The notes under the pieces: model-generated | The model's database searches: none | Told to the model about the DNA's origin: nothing | What the model saw: only the letters and a program-made list of their open reading frames with translations | Shown: positions 1-11,135 of the stretch, piece after piece | Layout of the letters: each line of letters opens with the position of its first letter | Position numbering within the stretch: the first letter of the stretch is position 1 | Source of the DNA: Octopus sinensis | Taxonomy: Eukaryota | NCBI RefSeq assembly: GCF_006345805.1 | Contig: NC_043013.1 | Location: 496,001 to 560,000, forward strand | Length of the DNA stretch: 64,000 nucleotides | Reading direction: 5' to 3' | Position numbers and translations under genes: made by a program

Positions 1-180
1 ACACGCTACACATCTTCCTTCCAAGCACTGCTGCAAACAGCAGAAGTGAGCTTGAACATTCAAACTTAGTGCACATGCACAGCAGAGTTCAAGGTCAGTT
101 GTTGCCAAGCAGCTTTGCTCTCTGTGCTTTAGCTTTGTTACTATGGCAACAGTCCAGATACTTATTAATCAGACCTTGTA
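1..180 (+). mobile_element. 3' end of a Tc1/mariner element (same family as 7990-8575), ending in TIR + TA
   Basis: Highly similar to 8396-8575. Ends ...TACTTATTAATCAGACCTTGTA; the reverse complement TACAAGGTCTGATTAATAAGTA resembles a mariner TIR with TA target. Confidence 0.7.
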
Positions 181-465
181 GGAGACACATTCCCAATTTT
201 TATATTAACCACCAGAGTAACTTGGGACTTATGATGAGAAAGCTCAGGATGTATGAAATAAGGGTTCACTAAAAGTCTGCAAACAGGCATGGCCCTTGAG
301 GCCAAAATTATGAAAATGCTTTGGACAGGTAACAGGTTAAATATCTCTGAGTAAATACATTATTTCAAATTAGATTTTCATTTTCTCATTAATGCAATTT
401 TATTTGAATTTCAAAATATATTTTAGATCTTGTTTCTTCATTTCCTTATTTTTTTGAAATTGCAG

Positions 466-591
466 CGAAAACTGGAAGAGTGTAAAGAAAATATAAAATC
501 TGCAAAAGATCTCGCCAAACAGCGTTTAGAAATTGCCCAGAAAGCCACCAACACACCTCCAAAGGGAGACTTGTCTGAGTATTATCAAAAG
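466..591 (+). CDS. SMC5: SMC5 internal exon (coiled coil, RKLEECKENIK...DLSEYYQK)
   Basis: TTGCAG acceptor, 126 bp open frame, AG/GTATTT donor, phase 0; joins in frame to the next exon. Confidence 0.8.
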
Positions 592-1132
592 GTATTTAGT
601 TAATCTAGAGATTAATTTGATTCTTTAATCTTGATATACTTTTTGTACATAATCATAATTTTTTTTTCTCTCAAGAAAATACTTTTGTGTTATTTTCATG
701 ATTAGTTTGATAATTAAAAGCTTAATTGAAAATAACTTATGTGCATGTGTTTCTGTGTGTATGTGTGTGGGGGGGTGTTAAAGATTTTGCTTCACAACCA
801 AGCAATTTTAGGTTCAATCCTATTTTTCTATTATTTTGTTCCTTGTGATTGAGCTTGCAGGTAAAAACTGCATGGAATCCAGTCGTATGTGTGTGTGTGT
901 GTGTGTGTGTGTTCGCATTGTTTGTTACTATTCCCACTTTTTGCGCCAGATTTCCAAAGTGAAAAAAAAACCACAGTGCACAGTCTACCTGTTCAAGCAA
1001 TGTCAATTTGATGGAGAGATTGAGCTGATGTGTGGTACGAACATTTGATCACAATAAACAAATCATTTGTGCAGATCATTTGGCAAAAGATGAATGCTCA
1101 CACATTGCGTTCGATGGGAGAGTCCATCGTAC

Positions 1133-1660
1133 ATCATCATCATTGTTTAATGTCCGTTTTCCATGCTGGCATGGGTTGGACGGTTCGACTGGGGTCTGGA
1201 AAGCCAGGAGGCTGCACCAGGTCCTAATCTGATCTGGTAGTGTTTCTACAGCTGGATGCCCTTCCTTACGCCAACCACTCCAAGAGTGTAGTGGGTGCTT
1301 TTTACGTGCCACTGGCGCATGGGCCAGATGAGTTGGCATCAACCACCATCGGATGGTGCTTTTTATGTGCCACCAGCATGGAAGCCAGTCAAGGCAGCAC
1401 TGGTATCGGCCATGTTCAGATGGTGCTTTTTACGTGCTACCAGCATGGGGGTCACAACCACAATTTCTATTTGATTTGATTTTGATGTTGACTCAATAGG
1501 TCTCTTCAAACACAGCATGTTGCCCTATGATCCAAGGTACTTTTTTAAGTGGGCTGGTAATGCGACACTGGTGTAGGTTACACCTGCGGACTCACTTGGC
1601 TTGATGAGTCTTCTCAGTCACAGCATACCTCCAGAGGTCTTGGTCTTTTGTCATTGCCTC
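1133..1660 (-). mobile_element. 5'-truncated RTE-clade LINE (ORF2 C-terminus + repeat-containing 3'UTR + (GAT)n tail)
   Basis: Minus strand encodes EAMTKDQDLWRYAVTEKTHQAK*, followed by internal ~60 bp repeats and the ...CCAACCCATGCCAGCATGGAAAACGGAC.TTAAA(TGA)n tail. Confidence 0.8.
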
Positions 1661-1669
1661 ATATATATA

Positions 1670-1864
1670 TAGTTGAAATTTATAGAAAAACAAAAGATGA
1701 AGACAGGTGTATGAACAAGAAGTGAGTGTATTAGTTTGATGCTTAGGAAAAAGGAAAAAGTCTTTTACATTTCAAGCCTATGCTCTTCAACGGAAAGGAA
1801 TAAGAGAAAATAAACAGAGAGAGAATGAAAAATACCTGTAGAGTTCAGTAGTCCAACATAGCAA

Positions 1865-1865
<1 letters not shown>
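1670..1865 (-). mobile_element. Short Penelope-like terminal-repeat element (family 2) with a decayed hammerhead-like motif, embedded in (TA)n
   Basis: Homologous to 16185-16400 and 44170-44360. Minus strand reads CCGTTGA-A-GAGC-ATAG-GCTT-GAAATGTA-AAAG at 1762-1797. Confidence 0.55.
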
Positions 1866-1896
<31 letters not shown>

Positions 1897-1904
1897 GTAT
1901 GCTG

Positions 1905-2100
1905 TGTCTGTGTATGTGTTCTGTGTTTGTCCCCTCCTACCACCGCTTGACAGCTAGTGTTGAAGTGTTTACATCCTTATAACTTGGCGGTTCAGCAAAA
2001 GAGACTGATAGAATAAGTGCTAGACTTAAAAAGAAAATAAGTACTAGGATTGATTTGTTCAACTAAAATCCTTCATGGCCCTAGCTTTATGCTTTTAAAT
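1905..2100 (+). mobile_element. 3' half of tRNA-SINE (type C/D)
   Basis: TGTTTGTCCC...CTTGACA...GCGGTTCAGCAAAAGAGAC.GATAGAATAAGT motif, also at 17655, 41660 and 45715. Confidence 0.7.
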
Positions 2101-2212
2101 TAGAAGACAAAAAAATGTCTTACTTTTAAAAGAAATAAAGGTTGGTGACAGCTGAAGCATCCAGCTGTAAAAAATACTGCCTCAAACAAGCAGTGGTCGT
2201 CCAGCCTATGTT

Positions 2213-2420
2213 ATCATCATCCTCCTCATTTAACGTCAGTTTTTCATGCTGGCATGGGTTGGACAGTTTGACAAGGGCTGGTAAGGCTGGAGAACTGCAC
2301 CAGGCTCCATGTGTCTGTTTTGGCATGGTTTCCATTGCTGGATGTCTTTCCAAATGTCAACCACTTTACAGAGTGTGTTGGCTGCTTTTTACAGGGCATC
2401 AGCACTCACAAGCTTGTAAG
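2213..2420 (-). mobile_element. RTE-type 3' tail fragment
   Basis: CATCAT tail + TTTTCATGCTGGCATGGGTTGGAC...GCTGGATGTCTTTCC motif shared by many copies in the window. Confidence 0.75.
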
Positions 2421-2670
2421 ACAAGGAGCTGTCAGCTTAGAGAGGGAGTGGGACTCAGAGATTAGAGTAGGATCGAAGAACAGTGGTGGCTCTTTTACTG
2501 GACATAAAAACAAATGACTTCATCTATTTTTCCGACGAATAATTTACAAGTTGTATATATTTTTGTATAGTTTTCTTTTGTTGTTGATTAAGATATACAA
2601 TCTGTTTATATTGTTTTTATTATTTCTTTTCATTCAGGATTGCTACTTACCTTTATTTTTCCATTAACAG

Positions 2671-2766
2671 GAATTTGAAAAATATCCATCTTCTATTCAA
2701 GAAATTGACATAGCCATCCATGCCCTTCAAGCTCGAGCTGATTGTCGTTTTCAGACAGAAGAAAAG
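2671..2766 (+). CDS. SMC5: SMC5 internal exon (EFEKYPSSIQEIDIAIHALQARADCRFQTEEK)
   Basis: Polypyrimidine tract + AACAG acceptor, 96 bp, GTAAAA donor; resembles vertebrate SMC5 FQDLPNTLDEID...RASC. Confidence 0.88.
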
Positions 2767-2959
2767 GTAAAAATAGCTGGAGTTATTAAAGTTTTTGAAT
2801 TTAGCTATTGGTTTGGGCCCAGTCCCACCACGTGCCACCTTGGACAAATGTTCTCTGCTATAGTCCTGGGCCAACCCAGGTCCTTGTAAGTAGATATGAT
2901 GGAAGGAAACTGAAAGAAGCCTGTCTTGTGCGTGTGTGTTTCTATCTACTCTTGTCTTG

Positions 2960-3140
2960 ACATAATGTGATTGTAGATGAGTGATGTTATTTGTTTCCAG
3001 TTTTCTATCAGGAAATATTACCTTAATTAGAAACAGGTGAGGGTTGGAGACATGAAGGGCATCTAGCCATAGAAAACTTCCCTCAAAAAATTCTGTCTAA
3101 CCCATGCAAGTAGAGAAAAGTGAACATTAGACGACAATGT
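2960..3140 (+). mobile_element. Second LINE/SINE tail family (GGAAACAGGTGAGGGTTGG...CCCATGCAAGC)
   Basis: Recurs at about 12820-12950, 25060-25200 and, on the minus strand, 46500-46620. Confidence 0.6.
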
Positions 3141-3709
3141 TTAGTTTGATGATGTTATAATCTACAGCATTCATTCCTAACCATTTCACTATTTTGGACT
3201 CCTTTTATTTAAATTAATTTTCCCTCAGACCTAAGGCTTTTGAAAGGTTTCTCTCTTCAACATACTTTGACCCTATCTCACAGACCCCTCAGTGTTTCCT
3301 TCACAAACCCTCTTATCTAATATTTAGCTGTAATTTTTATGTATAGACAACTCAAAAGCGTCCTCTTCCTGCTAATACCTCATAGTTCTTTCATTGATGT
3401 TGTTGGGCTCTGATGTCCCTTTGTTGCTAATCAAAACCCGAAATCACTGACCCTTTCAGGCTTTTTTTAAAATCTGGTCCTTTCATGCTTTGAACCTATT
3501 TTGTAGCTCTTGAGTTGTTTTTGTGATGATTATGAGGAAAGGGATGAAGCTAAGAGGAAAGAAAACCATAAGGGTCTCTGCCAATTCTTTGAATGTCAAC
3601 TGAATTTTCTATCAGCTTTGACACTACTTTAAGAACTCTCGAACTTTAAATATTTTACACAAAACATTCCTGTTCAGCCTTTTCATTGCCCAGCAGACTA
3701 CAGCAGATA

Positions 3710-3790
3710 TTGAAAGGCCTTCTCCAGACCCATACATACGTTTTACAGTTGAAAGGCCTTCTCCAGACCCATACATAAGTCTTACAGTTG
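3710..3790. repeat. Tandem duplication, 2 x 39 bp
   Basis: TTGAAAGGCCTTCTCCAGACCCATACATA(C/A)GT(T/C)TTACAG repeated twice with 2 mismatches. Confidence 0.9.
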
Positions 3791-3860
3791 TATATTGTAA
3801 AATTTGGATTTTATTATTTATTCTGCTTCTCTTCAATTTGTTGATGTTGTTTTGTTATAG

Positions 3861-4088
3861 GTAGTACAAGAATATTATGAAAGAAAAAAAAATATTGAGG
3901 TCTTGGAGCAAAAAATTCTGTTGAAAAAGGTTGAAGTGGAAACTCATCAAGATCGAATTAATATGGCCAAGAAACAGTGGCTTGAACCATTGACGAGGCT
4001 GATTGGTCACATTAATGAAAACTTTAGTGAATACTTTAGCAGCATGGATTGTGCTGGAGAGGTGGATTTGTTAGTACCAGATAACAAA
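3861..4088 (+). CDS. SMC5: SMC5 exon (VVQEYYERKK...WLEPL...INENFSEYFSSMDCAGEVDL)
   Basis: TTATAG acceptor, 228 bp, GTAAGT donor; carries the conserved SMC5 motif WL.PL...IN..FS..F..M.CAGEV.L. Confidence 0.95.
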
Positions 4089-4139
4089 GTAAGTATTTTG
4101 TCTAAGAGTTAGTACTTTATGTTCTTACATGTTTTTACC

Positions 4140-4368
4140 TTGACCCTTTAGCATTTAAACTAACCGTTTCTATCCCAAATATTCAACCTGTTTTATATTG
4201 AAACTAGTCAAATCCAGCCTCTCACACCTACCCTATAATCTCATTCTAAAATTAAATAATCACATCATTGAAATTTTAAAGCCACAAGGTAATACATAAT
4301 AAACCTTGATTCAAAACAATGGGAATAAAAAAGCATTTGATGGAGTAACCTGGATGCTAAGGGGTTAA
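4140..4368. mobile_element. piggyBac-like MITE
   Basis: Termini TTGACCCTTTAGCAT ... ATGCTAAGGGGTTAA (TTAA target, CCCT TIR). Confidence 0.7.
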
Positions 4369-4524
4369 AGGGTAACATTAAAGTTAACTTATAAATGTTT
4401 TTGAATTTATGTTTCAACTTTTAGTTTAGACAAGTGTTTTTACCGAATATTACTGAAAGGAAAATGAAATACTTGCAGAGCAATGAAGGGAAACCATAAA
4501 GATCTGATTCATTAATTTATTCAA

Positions 4525-4742
4525 TTAACCCTTTCGTTACCAACCTGGCTGAAACCGGCTCTGGCTCTGAGTATAAATGTCTTGTTTTCACAAGTTTTAA
4601 ATTAAAATCTTCCACCAAACCTAAGTCACAATTTATGTTCCTAACTTAATAAGTTATTTTACCAAATTCTTTGTTATATTTAAAATAATTGAAAGAAACC
4701 CAGAAGAGCATCTCAACAGAAATACGGTAACAAAAGGGTGAA
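4525..4742. mobile_element. piggyBac-like MITE (different family)
   Basis: Termini TTAACCCTTTCGTTACC ... GGTAACAAAAGGGTGAA. Confidence 0.72.
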
Positions 4743-5199
4743 TGTTGTTTGTATTTTAGACTATGGCAGAGTCGACAGTGTGGTCTGTGTTAGCTATTGA
4801 TTACATAGGCACTGGAAACAATTAGTGAAAATTATACAAAATACCAAGTCATACTAACGAATTTATGAATTATTTTTTTCACTTTAGAGTAAATTGAAGT
4901 TAGCCTCTAACATCTTGTTTAGAGTTACAGTTATGTGTTTGACAATTTAGAATTGGACACAGGTTGTTTGGTGTGTCGCTGGTCTCAGTTCAACTCGATA
5001 AGGATCGGTGAGGGACAGAGTTGTACTTTGTTAAAAGAAATAAAATTAACTTTGTTAACATTTTGTAATTTCTCATTGAGTTAGGATTGGCATAAAACTT
5101 AGACCAGTGTTCTATCACCATCTGTTTTTTACTTGAAGACATCAATTTACAGCAACAAATATTCTGCTTCTAAATTGGTTAATTGGTCATGTAATTATT

Positions 5200-5960
5200 T
5201 TGATTAATGAGCATATTCTGTTCCTTTCCATACTCTGGGGTTCACTGTTTCTAAAAGGAGGGAGTTGAGAGTAAGGTTTCGCTTCTTCCTAATTCTTTGA
5301 ACTCCATGTGGAGCATAGGGCACCAACACAAGACCACTGTCCATCTTGATCTTTGGCATTGGATTGCATCTATCCCCAATGTGTAGCAACCTACCTCTGT
5401 GTCAGTTTCTGTGAACCTTCTCCATGCAGTTTTTGGTTTGCTTTGTAATTTTGGAACCATTACAAGGCAAACCTTATATCCCAGCCAACTCCATTTTTCT
5501 CCTCTTGATCTGGGTTTCAATAGGTTACTGATTCACCTGCTTCCCACAAAGCTTTGTGAATCTGTCTTGCCATTTATCTGAAGAATGTTCCAGAGACATC
5601 TATTCACAAGCGTTTGGAGCTTGTCAATAGAGAACTTTGTGTCCTGCCATGTCTCACTCTTATACAGCAGAACTATCTTCCTGGGACTACTTTCAAACTC
5701 TTGTCTGCTGCCTTACTTTGTACCACTGCATTAGTGGGAATAACCTGTTGCCTGATTGAAACCCCTCAACTTGGTCCTTGTCTGCTTTTCACAAGAGTCC
5801 ACTCTGTTGCAAGCATTGAAACCAGGTCTGCAATGAGAGGAGAGCTTCTGTTCTTCCTTCCACCAGTTTTGGAGGCCATAAAAAAAGGGTTAGGGTTGTT
5901 ACTCTTCACCTTTTGTGACAAAAAGGAAATATTCCAGGAACTTCAACTTAGAGATGAAAC
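5200..5960 (-). mobile_element. Decayed RTE-clade LINE RT C-terminal region
   Basis: Minus-strand frames give VLLYKSETWQ, LQTLVNRCLWNILQI and KWSWLGY...TAWRR, matching RTE ORF2 motifs VLLYGSETW, LQVFVNRCLRRIL and RWSWLGH; stops and frameshifts present. Confidence 0.75.
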
Positions 5961-6018
5961 TTGAATAATTTAAAATCAAATTGACATGCTAATGATAAAT
6001 ACTTTATTATTCTTGTAA

Positions 6019-6270
<252 letters not shown>

Positions 6271-6334
6271 TGAAATATTTTTGGCTTTTTCTTGCTTAAA
6301 AATTTAATATTAATTGTTATGTATGGTCTGTGAG

Positions 6335-6735
6335 ACTGATGGATTGACAATTACTGAAAGAATTGCTAGAGCATTGGACAAACCACCTTTGGAATTCAGT
6401 TAGTCTGAGTTTAAATTCCACTGATATCAACTTTGTCTTTCAACCTTTTTTGGTTAGTAAACTAGAGTACCAATCAAGTATAGACATCAGTTTAATATTC
6501 CTATAAACATTTCAGGCAGCAAGCTGGCAGAATTGTTAGCACACTGGACAAAATGCTTAGTGATATTTGCCCATCACTACATTCTGAGTTCAAATTCCGC
6601 TGAGGTCGACTTTTCCTTTCATCCTTTCAGGGTCAATAAATTAAGTACCAGTTGCATACTGGGGGGTTGATCTAATCAACTGAACCCCCTCCCCAAATTT
6701 TGGGGGCCTTGTGCCTAGAGTAGAAAAGAATATTC
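6335..6735 (+). mobile_element. Two tandem tRNA-derived SINEs (type B)
   Basis: GCTGGCAGAAT.GTTAGCAC...TCTGAGTTCAAATTCCGC.GAGGTCGACTTT.CCTTTCATCCTTTC.GGGTC.ATAAATTAAGTACCAG; the first copy is older and more decayed. Confidence 0.8.
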
Positions 6736-7037
6736 CTATAAAATGTCTATGATGTGAATAGAACTATAATCAAAGATGAAGAAGGCCTTAATTTGTTCAA
6801 TATTTCTCTCGTTCCTGACCAACTGAAATTTTCATAGAGTCAAAAAATAAACTATCAAATAGCAAAGCAGCTTGCAAGTCATTAACTGGAGTTGTATTAA
6901 TTAAAAGACTTTGATAGCAAAGCTTAATGAGATGGACTCTTTGATATTGGAGTAATTTCCAAATGGTGAAATAATTTGCCTCAATCTCATTTATTACTTG
7001 TAAATTCTGAATGTAATTTTGTTTTGTTATTTTGTAG

Positions 7038-7145
<108 letters not shown>

Positions 7146-7989
7146 TGACTTAATTAATGCTATTTTGATTGCATTTTCACATTATTGTAACTCTGTTGAA
7201 GTTATTGATTTCTTTTTGACTAAATACAAAGTCATATATTTTTAGAACTAAGTGTAAAGAGCTTTTCTATCACTTTTAAATAGTCCTTCTTTGAACTAGC
7301 TGGCTGTGTCCCACCCAGTGCGGCGTCTTCTCCTTTTCATTTGGTCTGCTGTCTCATTCTACAAACCCTGTACTAAACATGTTAACCAATCCTTCCTTTC
7401 CAGAACTGAAACAACCTTGATATCATTCCCTCTTCATCTTTTTTTTCCCTATGCAGACACCAACTTGTAGAACTTAAGTGGAATGTTAGCTACATCACAT
7501 TCATTATTCTAGGAGGGAGTCCCTCTCCCTCAAACTAAATTTCACCATCATCATTGTTTCACAACCACTGACCAGTCTGTGCCAACATGGGTTCGGTGTT
7601 TCACCATGCATCAAGTCAGTTCTTATCTTCGATTCATCAACAGACCATATCTCATTTTTATTGTGTTGTGCTTTCCACAGCTGGATGCCCTTTCTAACAC
7701 CAACTATTTACAGAATGTACAGGGAAAATTTTATCAGGGCACCATCACTAGAGGGGTTGTTGTGTCCCTGGCAACACTAAAAAGTCCTTTCAACCCTGCA
7801 GTTGTCTCTACATGACTCACCAAGTATTTTACTGTATTTTGCTTTTTGTGTGGAACCATCATTAGTGAATAAAAGGGAGTTACTAGGAACCCACCTTTTA
7901 CTTTATGGCCTTCACCACAACACTAATTGTATTGCAGACAAATTGAATGTGACGGAAGTAGCTGCCTCAGTAGAACATTAGACTAAATG

Positions 7990-8575
7990 CAATGTTATTA
8001 TCAGTTTGAACCTGCTAAAAGCACGTTCGGACTGTTCTGGGAGACCTGCAATCAGCAGAACTGAGAAAAACATCGCAGATGTGCATGCAGCTGTGAGGGG
8101 AATTCATCAAATCACCATTTGTGAGTTATCAGAGGATGTGCAGATAAGTTACGGTTCAGTTCATTCCATTATCACTGAAGATTTGGGTATGAGAGGCGTG
8201 TCCGCCAAGTTTGTGCCAAAACTACTTTCGGCTGATCAAAAAGACTCTTGGGTTTCAGTTGCACAAGATCTCTTTGATTGTGTTGAGAATGATGAAAACT
8301 TTGCGTAGGTCCTTCAGCAGGGATCACCAAGCTTTTGGCAAAATATGATGCAGATTCTCTGCTCAACTTTCTCTGTCAGGGTCAATGCAACAATCACATG
8401 CTACACATGTTCCTTCCAAGCACTACTGTAAACAGCGGAATAGAGCTAGAATGTTGAAACTTATGTATGCATGCATGGCAGAGTTCAACGTCAATCTGTG
8501 CCAAGCAGCTTCACCCTCTGTGCTTTAGCTTTGTTACTATAGCAACAGTCCACATACTTATTGATCAGACCACAT
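7990..8575 (+). mobile_element. Internally deleted mariner element with transposase N-terminal HTH remnant
   Basis: ORF 8006-8308 RSDCSGRPAISRTEKNIADV...ITICELSEDVQISYGSVHSIITEDLGMRGVSAKFVPKLLSADQK matches the mariner HTH and WVP(K/R)-like linker; 3' end shared with 1-180. Confidence 0.88.
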
Positions 8576-8577
8576 AA

Positions 8578-8790
8578 CTGGTAGAAACATTAGCACGCTG
8601 GGCGAAATGCTTATTGGTATTTCGTCTGTCTCTACGTTCTGAGTTCAAATTCCGTCGAGGTCGACTTTGCCTTTCATCCTTTCGGGGTCGATAAATTAAG
8701 TACCAGATACGCACTGGGGTCGATGTAATCGACTTAATCCCTTTGTCTGTCCTTGTTTGTCCCCTCTATGTTTAGCCCCTTGTGGGCAAT
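8578..8790 (+). mobile_element. Type B tRNA-SINE, relatively young (CpGs retained)
   Basis: ...GTTCTGAGTTCAAATTCCGTCGAGGTCGACTTTGCCTTTCATCCTTTCGGGGTCGATAAATTAAGTACCAG...CACTGGGGTCGATGTAATCGAC. Confidence 0.85.
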
Positions 8791-8949
8791 AAAAAAAAAG
8801 AAAAAATATCTGTCCTCTCTGTACCTTAAATCTCTCAACTGGCACAAAGCCACACCCCATCAATAGTCTCTCTTCTCCCAGTTGAGGGGTTTTTGATCTT
8901 GTAAGGTACTTGGTGATCCTGTCAATGCTGGTGCCACATGTAGAGCATT

Positions 8950-9157
8950 GCTGCTTGTACCACATGTAAAGCACTGGTATTGGTGTTATGTAAAAAGTAC
9001 CCAGTACATGCTGTAAAGTGGTTGGTGTTCAGAAAAGCATCCAATGATAGAAACCCAACCAAAACAGATTATGATGTGGCTCCTGCCCTTGCTGTCTCCT
9101 CTTGAACTGTTCAGTCCATGCCAGCATGGAAAACGGATGTTAAATGATGATGATGAT
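8950..9157 (+). mobile_element. RTE-type 3' tail fragment
   Basis: GTGGTTGGTGTT.AGAAAAGCATCCA...CCATGCCAGCATGGAAAACGGATGTTAAATGATGATGATG. Confidence 0.75.
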
Positions 9158-9162
9158 TAAAG

Positions 9163-9362
9163 AATGATTTTCAGTAATTTTAGAACACTGGAAATGTTTA
9201 CTTGATGAAAGTTAAATAATTTTGATGAATATTCTCACAGTTGGAAAAAGGTTTTTTGTGTTTTCATGGTTTCCATGCCTACAGCTTATAAAAATAATTC
9301 GATTTTCTTCAAATATTAAAATCTCAGTAGAAAGATTTTTACAGTGTTCAGAATCTTTCCAG
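9163..9362 (+). pseudogene. Decayed duplicate of the SMC5 terminal-exon end and proximal 3'UTR
   Basis: 28 nt identical (GTTTACTTGATGAAAGTTAAATAATTTT, 9196-9223 vs about 9889-9916). Patchy similarity continues (ATT.TCACAGTT, TTCTTCAAATATT, AATCTTTC). Confidence 0.75.
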
Positions 9363-9489
9363 AGGAGACTTTACTTTCTTTTTTCCATTGTGTATGAAGT
9401 ATATACCAGTTATATACTGGTAACCATTACTACAAAAAAATTATCAAATTTGAGTTGTTAAAAACTTAATTTCAAACATATTACTTTCA

Positions 9490-9695
9490 AATTCTGGCAC
9501 AAGGCCAGCAAGTTTTGGGGGAGGGGATTTGTCGATTACATCAACCCCAGCGCATAACTAGTACTTATTTTATTGACCCTGAAAGGATGAAGCACAAAGT
9601 CGACCTTGGTGGAGTCTGATCCCAGAACATGAATACAAATGAAATACTGCTAAGCATTTTGCCCAGCATGCTAACGAGCCTGCCATCTCTCCACC
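9490..9695 (-). mobile_element. Type B tRNA-SINE, minus strand
   Basis: GTCGATTACATCAACCCCAG...GACCCTGAAAGGATGAAG.ACAAAGTCGACCT is the reverse complement of the 8578 copy. Confidence 0.8.
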
Positions 9696-9773
9696 TTAAT
9701 TTCATTTCCAACATATTAGACCTGTTTATGTATTCATTGAAGTGACTCACCTTAATTCCATTCTGTGTTACAG

Positions 9774-9908
9774 CTCCTACCAGACTTGAACTATCATGAT
9801 GACATGTCAGTGTTATGCGTATACAACGGTCCCGCTATGTTACATCATAATGAATGGTATCTTCATCGATTTCTGCGTCGCCGAAAACGTTTACTTGATG
9901 AAAGTTAA
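9774..9908 (+). CDS. SMC5: SMC5 terminal coding exon (LLPDLNYHDDMSVLCVYNGP...RRRKRLLDES*)
   Basis: TTACAG acceptor, 135 bp to TAA; matches the SMC5 C-terminus LL..L.Y...M.VL.VYNGP. Confidence 0.95.
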   Translation, partial: LLPDLNYHDDMSVLCVYNGPAMLHHNEWYLHRFLRRRKRLLDES

Positions 9909-9937
9909 ATAATTTTAAATAATATTTTCACAGTTAT

Positions 9938-9943
9938 AATAAA
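9938..9943 (+). terminator. Candidate SMC5 polyadenylation signal
   Basis: AATAAA about 30 nt after the stop, followed by T-rich sequence. AT-rich DNA makes chance hits common. Confidence 0.35.
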
Positions 9944-10669
9944 TTTTTTAATTTTTATATTTTCGAATGTTTCTTGTCTTCATTATTTTGATGCCTGAAG
10001 GTCTAATTCAATATTCTTCAAATATTTAATGTCTTTGTAAAAATGCAGAACTGCAAATGTCTCCAAATCTTTCAAACGGTTTTGTCGGTCAGTTCTTATC
10101 TTTGTTTGCAGGACATTAAAAGCAGAAAATGGTGTCGGATTAAATTCTTTGTAGTTTTTTGTTCTGGCTTTTTATGCTCTCACTTCAGAGGTTAACTTTG
10201 TCTCTCATCCTTTGAAGCATCACTTAAATGAAATCCTAGTCCAGGGCAGTGGATTGATGGAATTCTTAGAGTGTCTGACAGAATAGTTTGTGGTATTTGT
10301 TCTGATACTCTGTTTGCTGAATTGGAAACTCTGCCTTGACCCTCATTATACACCAAACTGAAAAGCATTTACTTCCTTATTGAGTAAGAATTATCTAAAG
10401 GCACCAAGTGCTCAATAGATGAGGATGATGATGATGATGGCGGCAGCATAAGGGCTTAATCTTCCACTGAACAGAAGGTCAGTCTACAACAGGTAACTCC
10501 AAGATTATCTGGTATTGTTTCCAACATTTTGCTTATAGACATCAACTCTGATTGAGCAGATTTATGATCAAAGACATTCCAGCCAAGACCATTCTGTCCT
10601 TTGTTCAGAAATAGTGTATCTCGGGCTACATTATCCTCTGTGTAGGTTGTGGAATGATGCGTTTTGGCA

Positions 10670-11135
10670 TCAAAGGATTCTCTCTGCAAGTGAATAGATT
10701 GTTTGATGCTTGTGTATGATGTAGCAAGGAATTGAAATGGAGGAGGAAGAGAGTTTGATAAACAGGAGGTTGACCTGCACAAACGAGATGATGACGGGTT
10801 GCCAGAAGCGGCAGCTGGAGAAAACCCTCCAACTGAACCAAATATGGAAAAGTAAACTTTCCAACTGGGGTGGCTGGTTCCTATCCCTCCTCTGTCCTAC
10901 TTCAACCTCTCATCCTCTGACATAAGGCAAACCCCCTCAATACTACCTCAGCATCAGTTGAGGAGCCTTGTCCTGCAAGTTACTTGGTAACCTCACCCAC
11001 GCTGGTGCCATACCTGAAAAGTGGTTGGCATTAGGAAGGGCATCCAGCCAAAGCAGACATTGCTTTATTGCTGGATCCTCACAAACCATCCATCTGATGC
11101 CAGCTTGGAACAAAAATGGTAAACAATGACGATGA
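10670..11135 (+). mobile_element. Decayed RTE LINE fragment with 3' tail
   Basis: SLQVNRLFDACV-like peptide (cf. SLRVKGRLYDACV) followed by the GGTTGGCATTAGGAAGGGCATCCAGC tail. Confidence 0.5.

Noticed and set aside
3624-3836. ORF with repeated MYGSGEGLS peptide
   Set aside because: Produced by the 39 bp tandem duplication on the antisense strand of an SMC5 intron.
5614-5964. 116 aa plus-strand ORF in an SMC5 intron
   Set aside because: Antisense shadow of the minus-strand RTE remnant.
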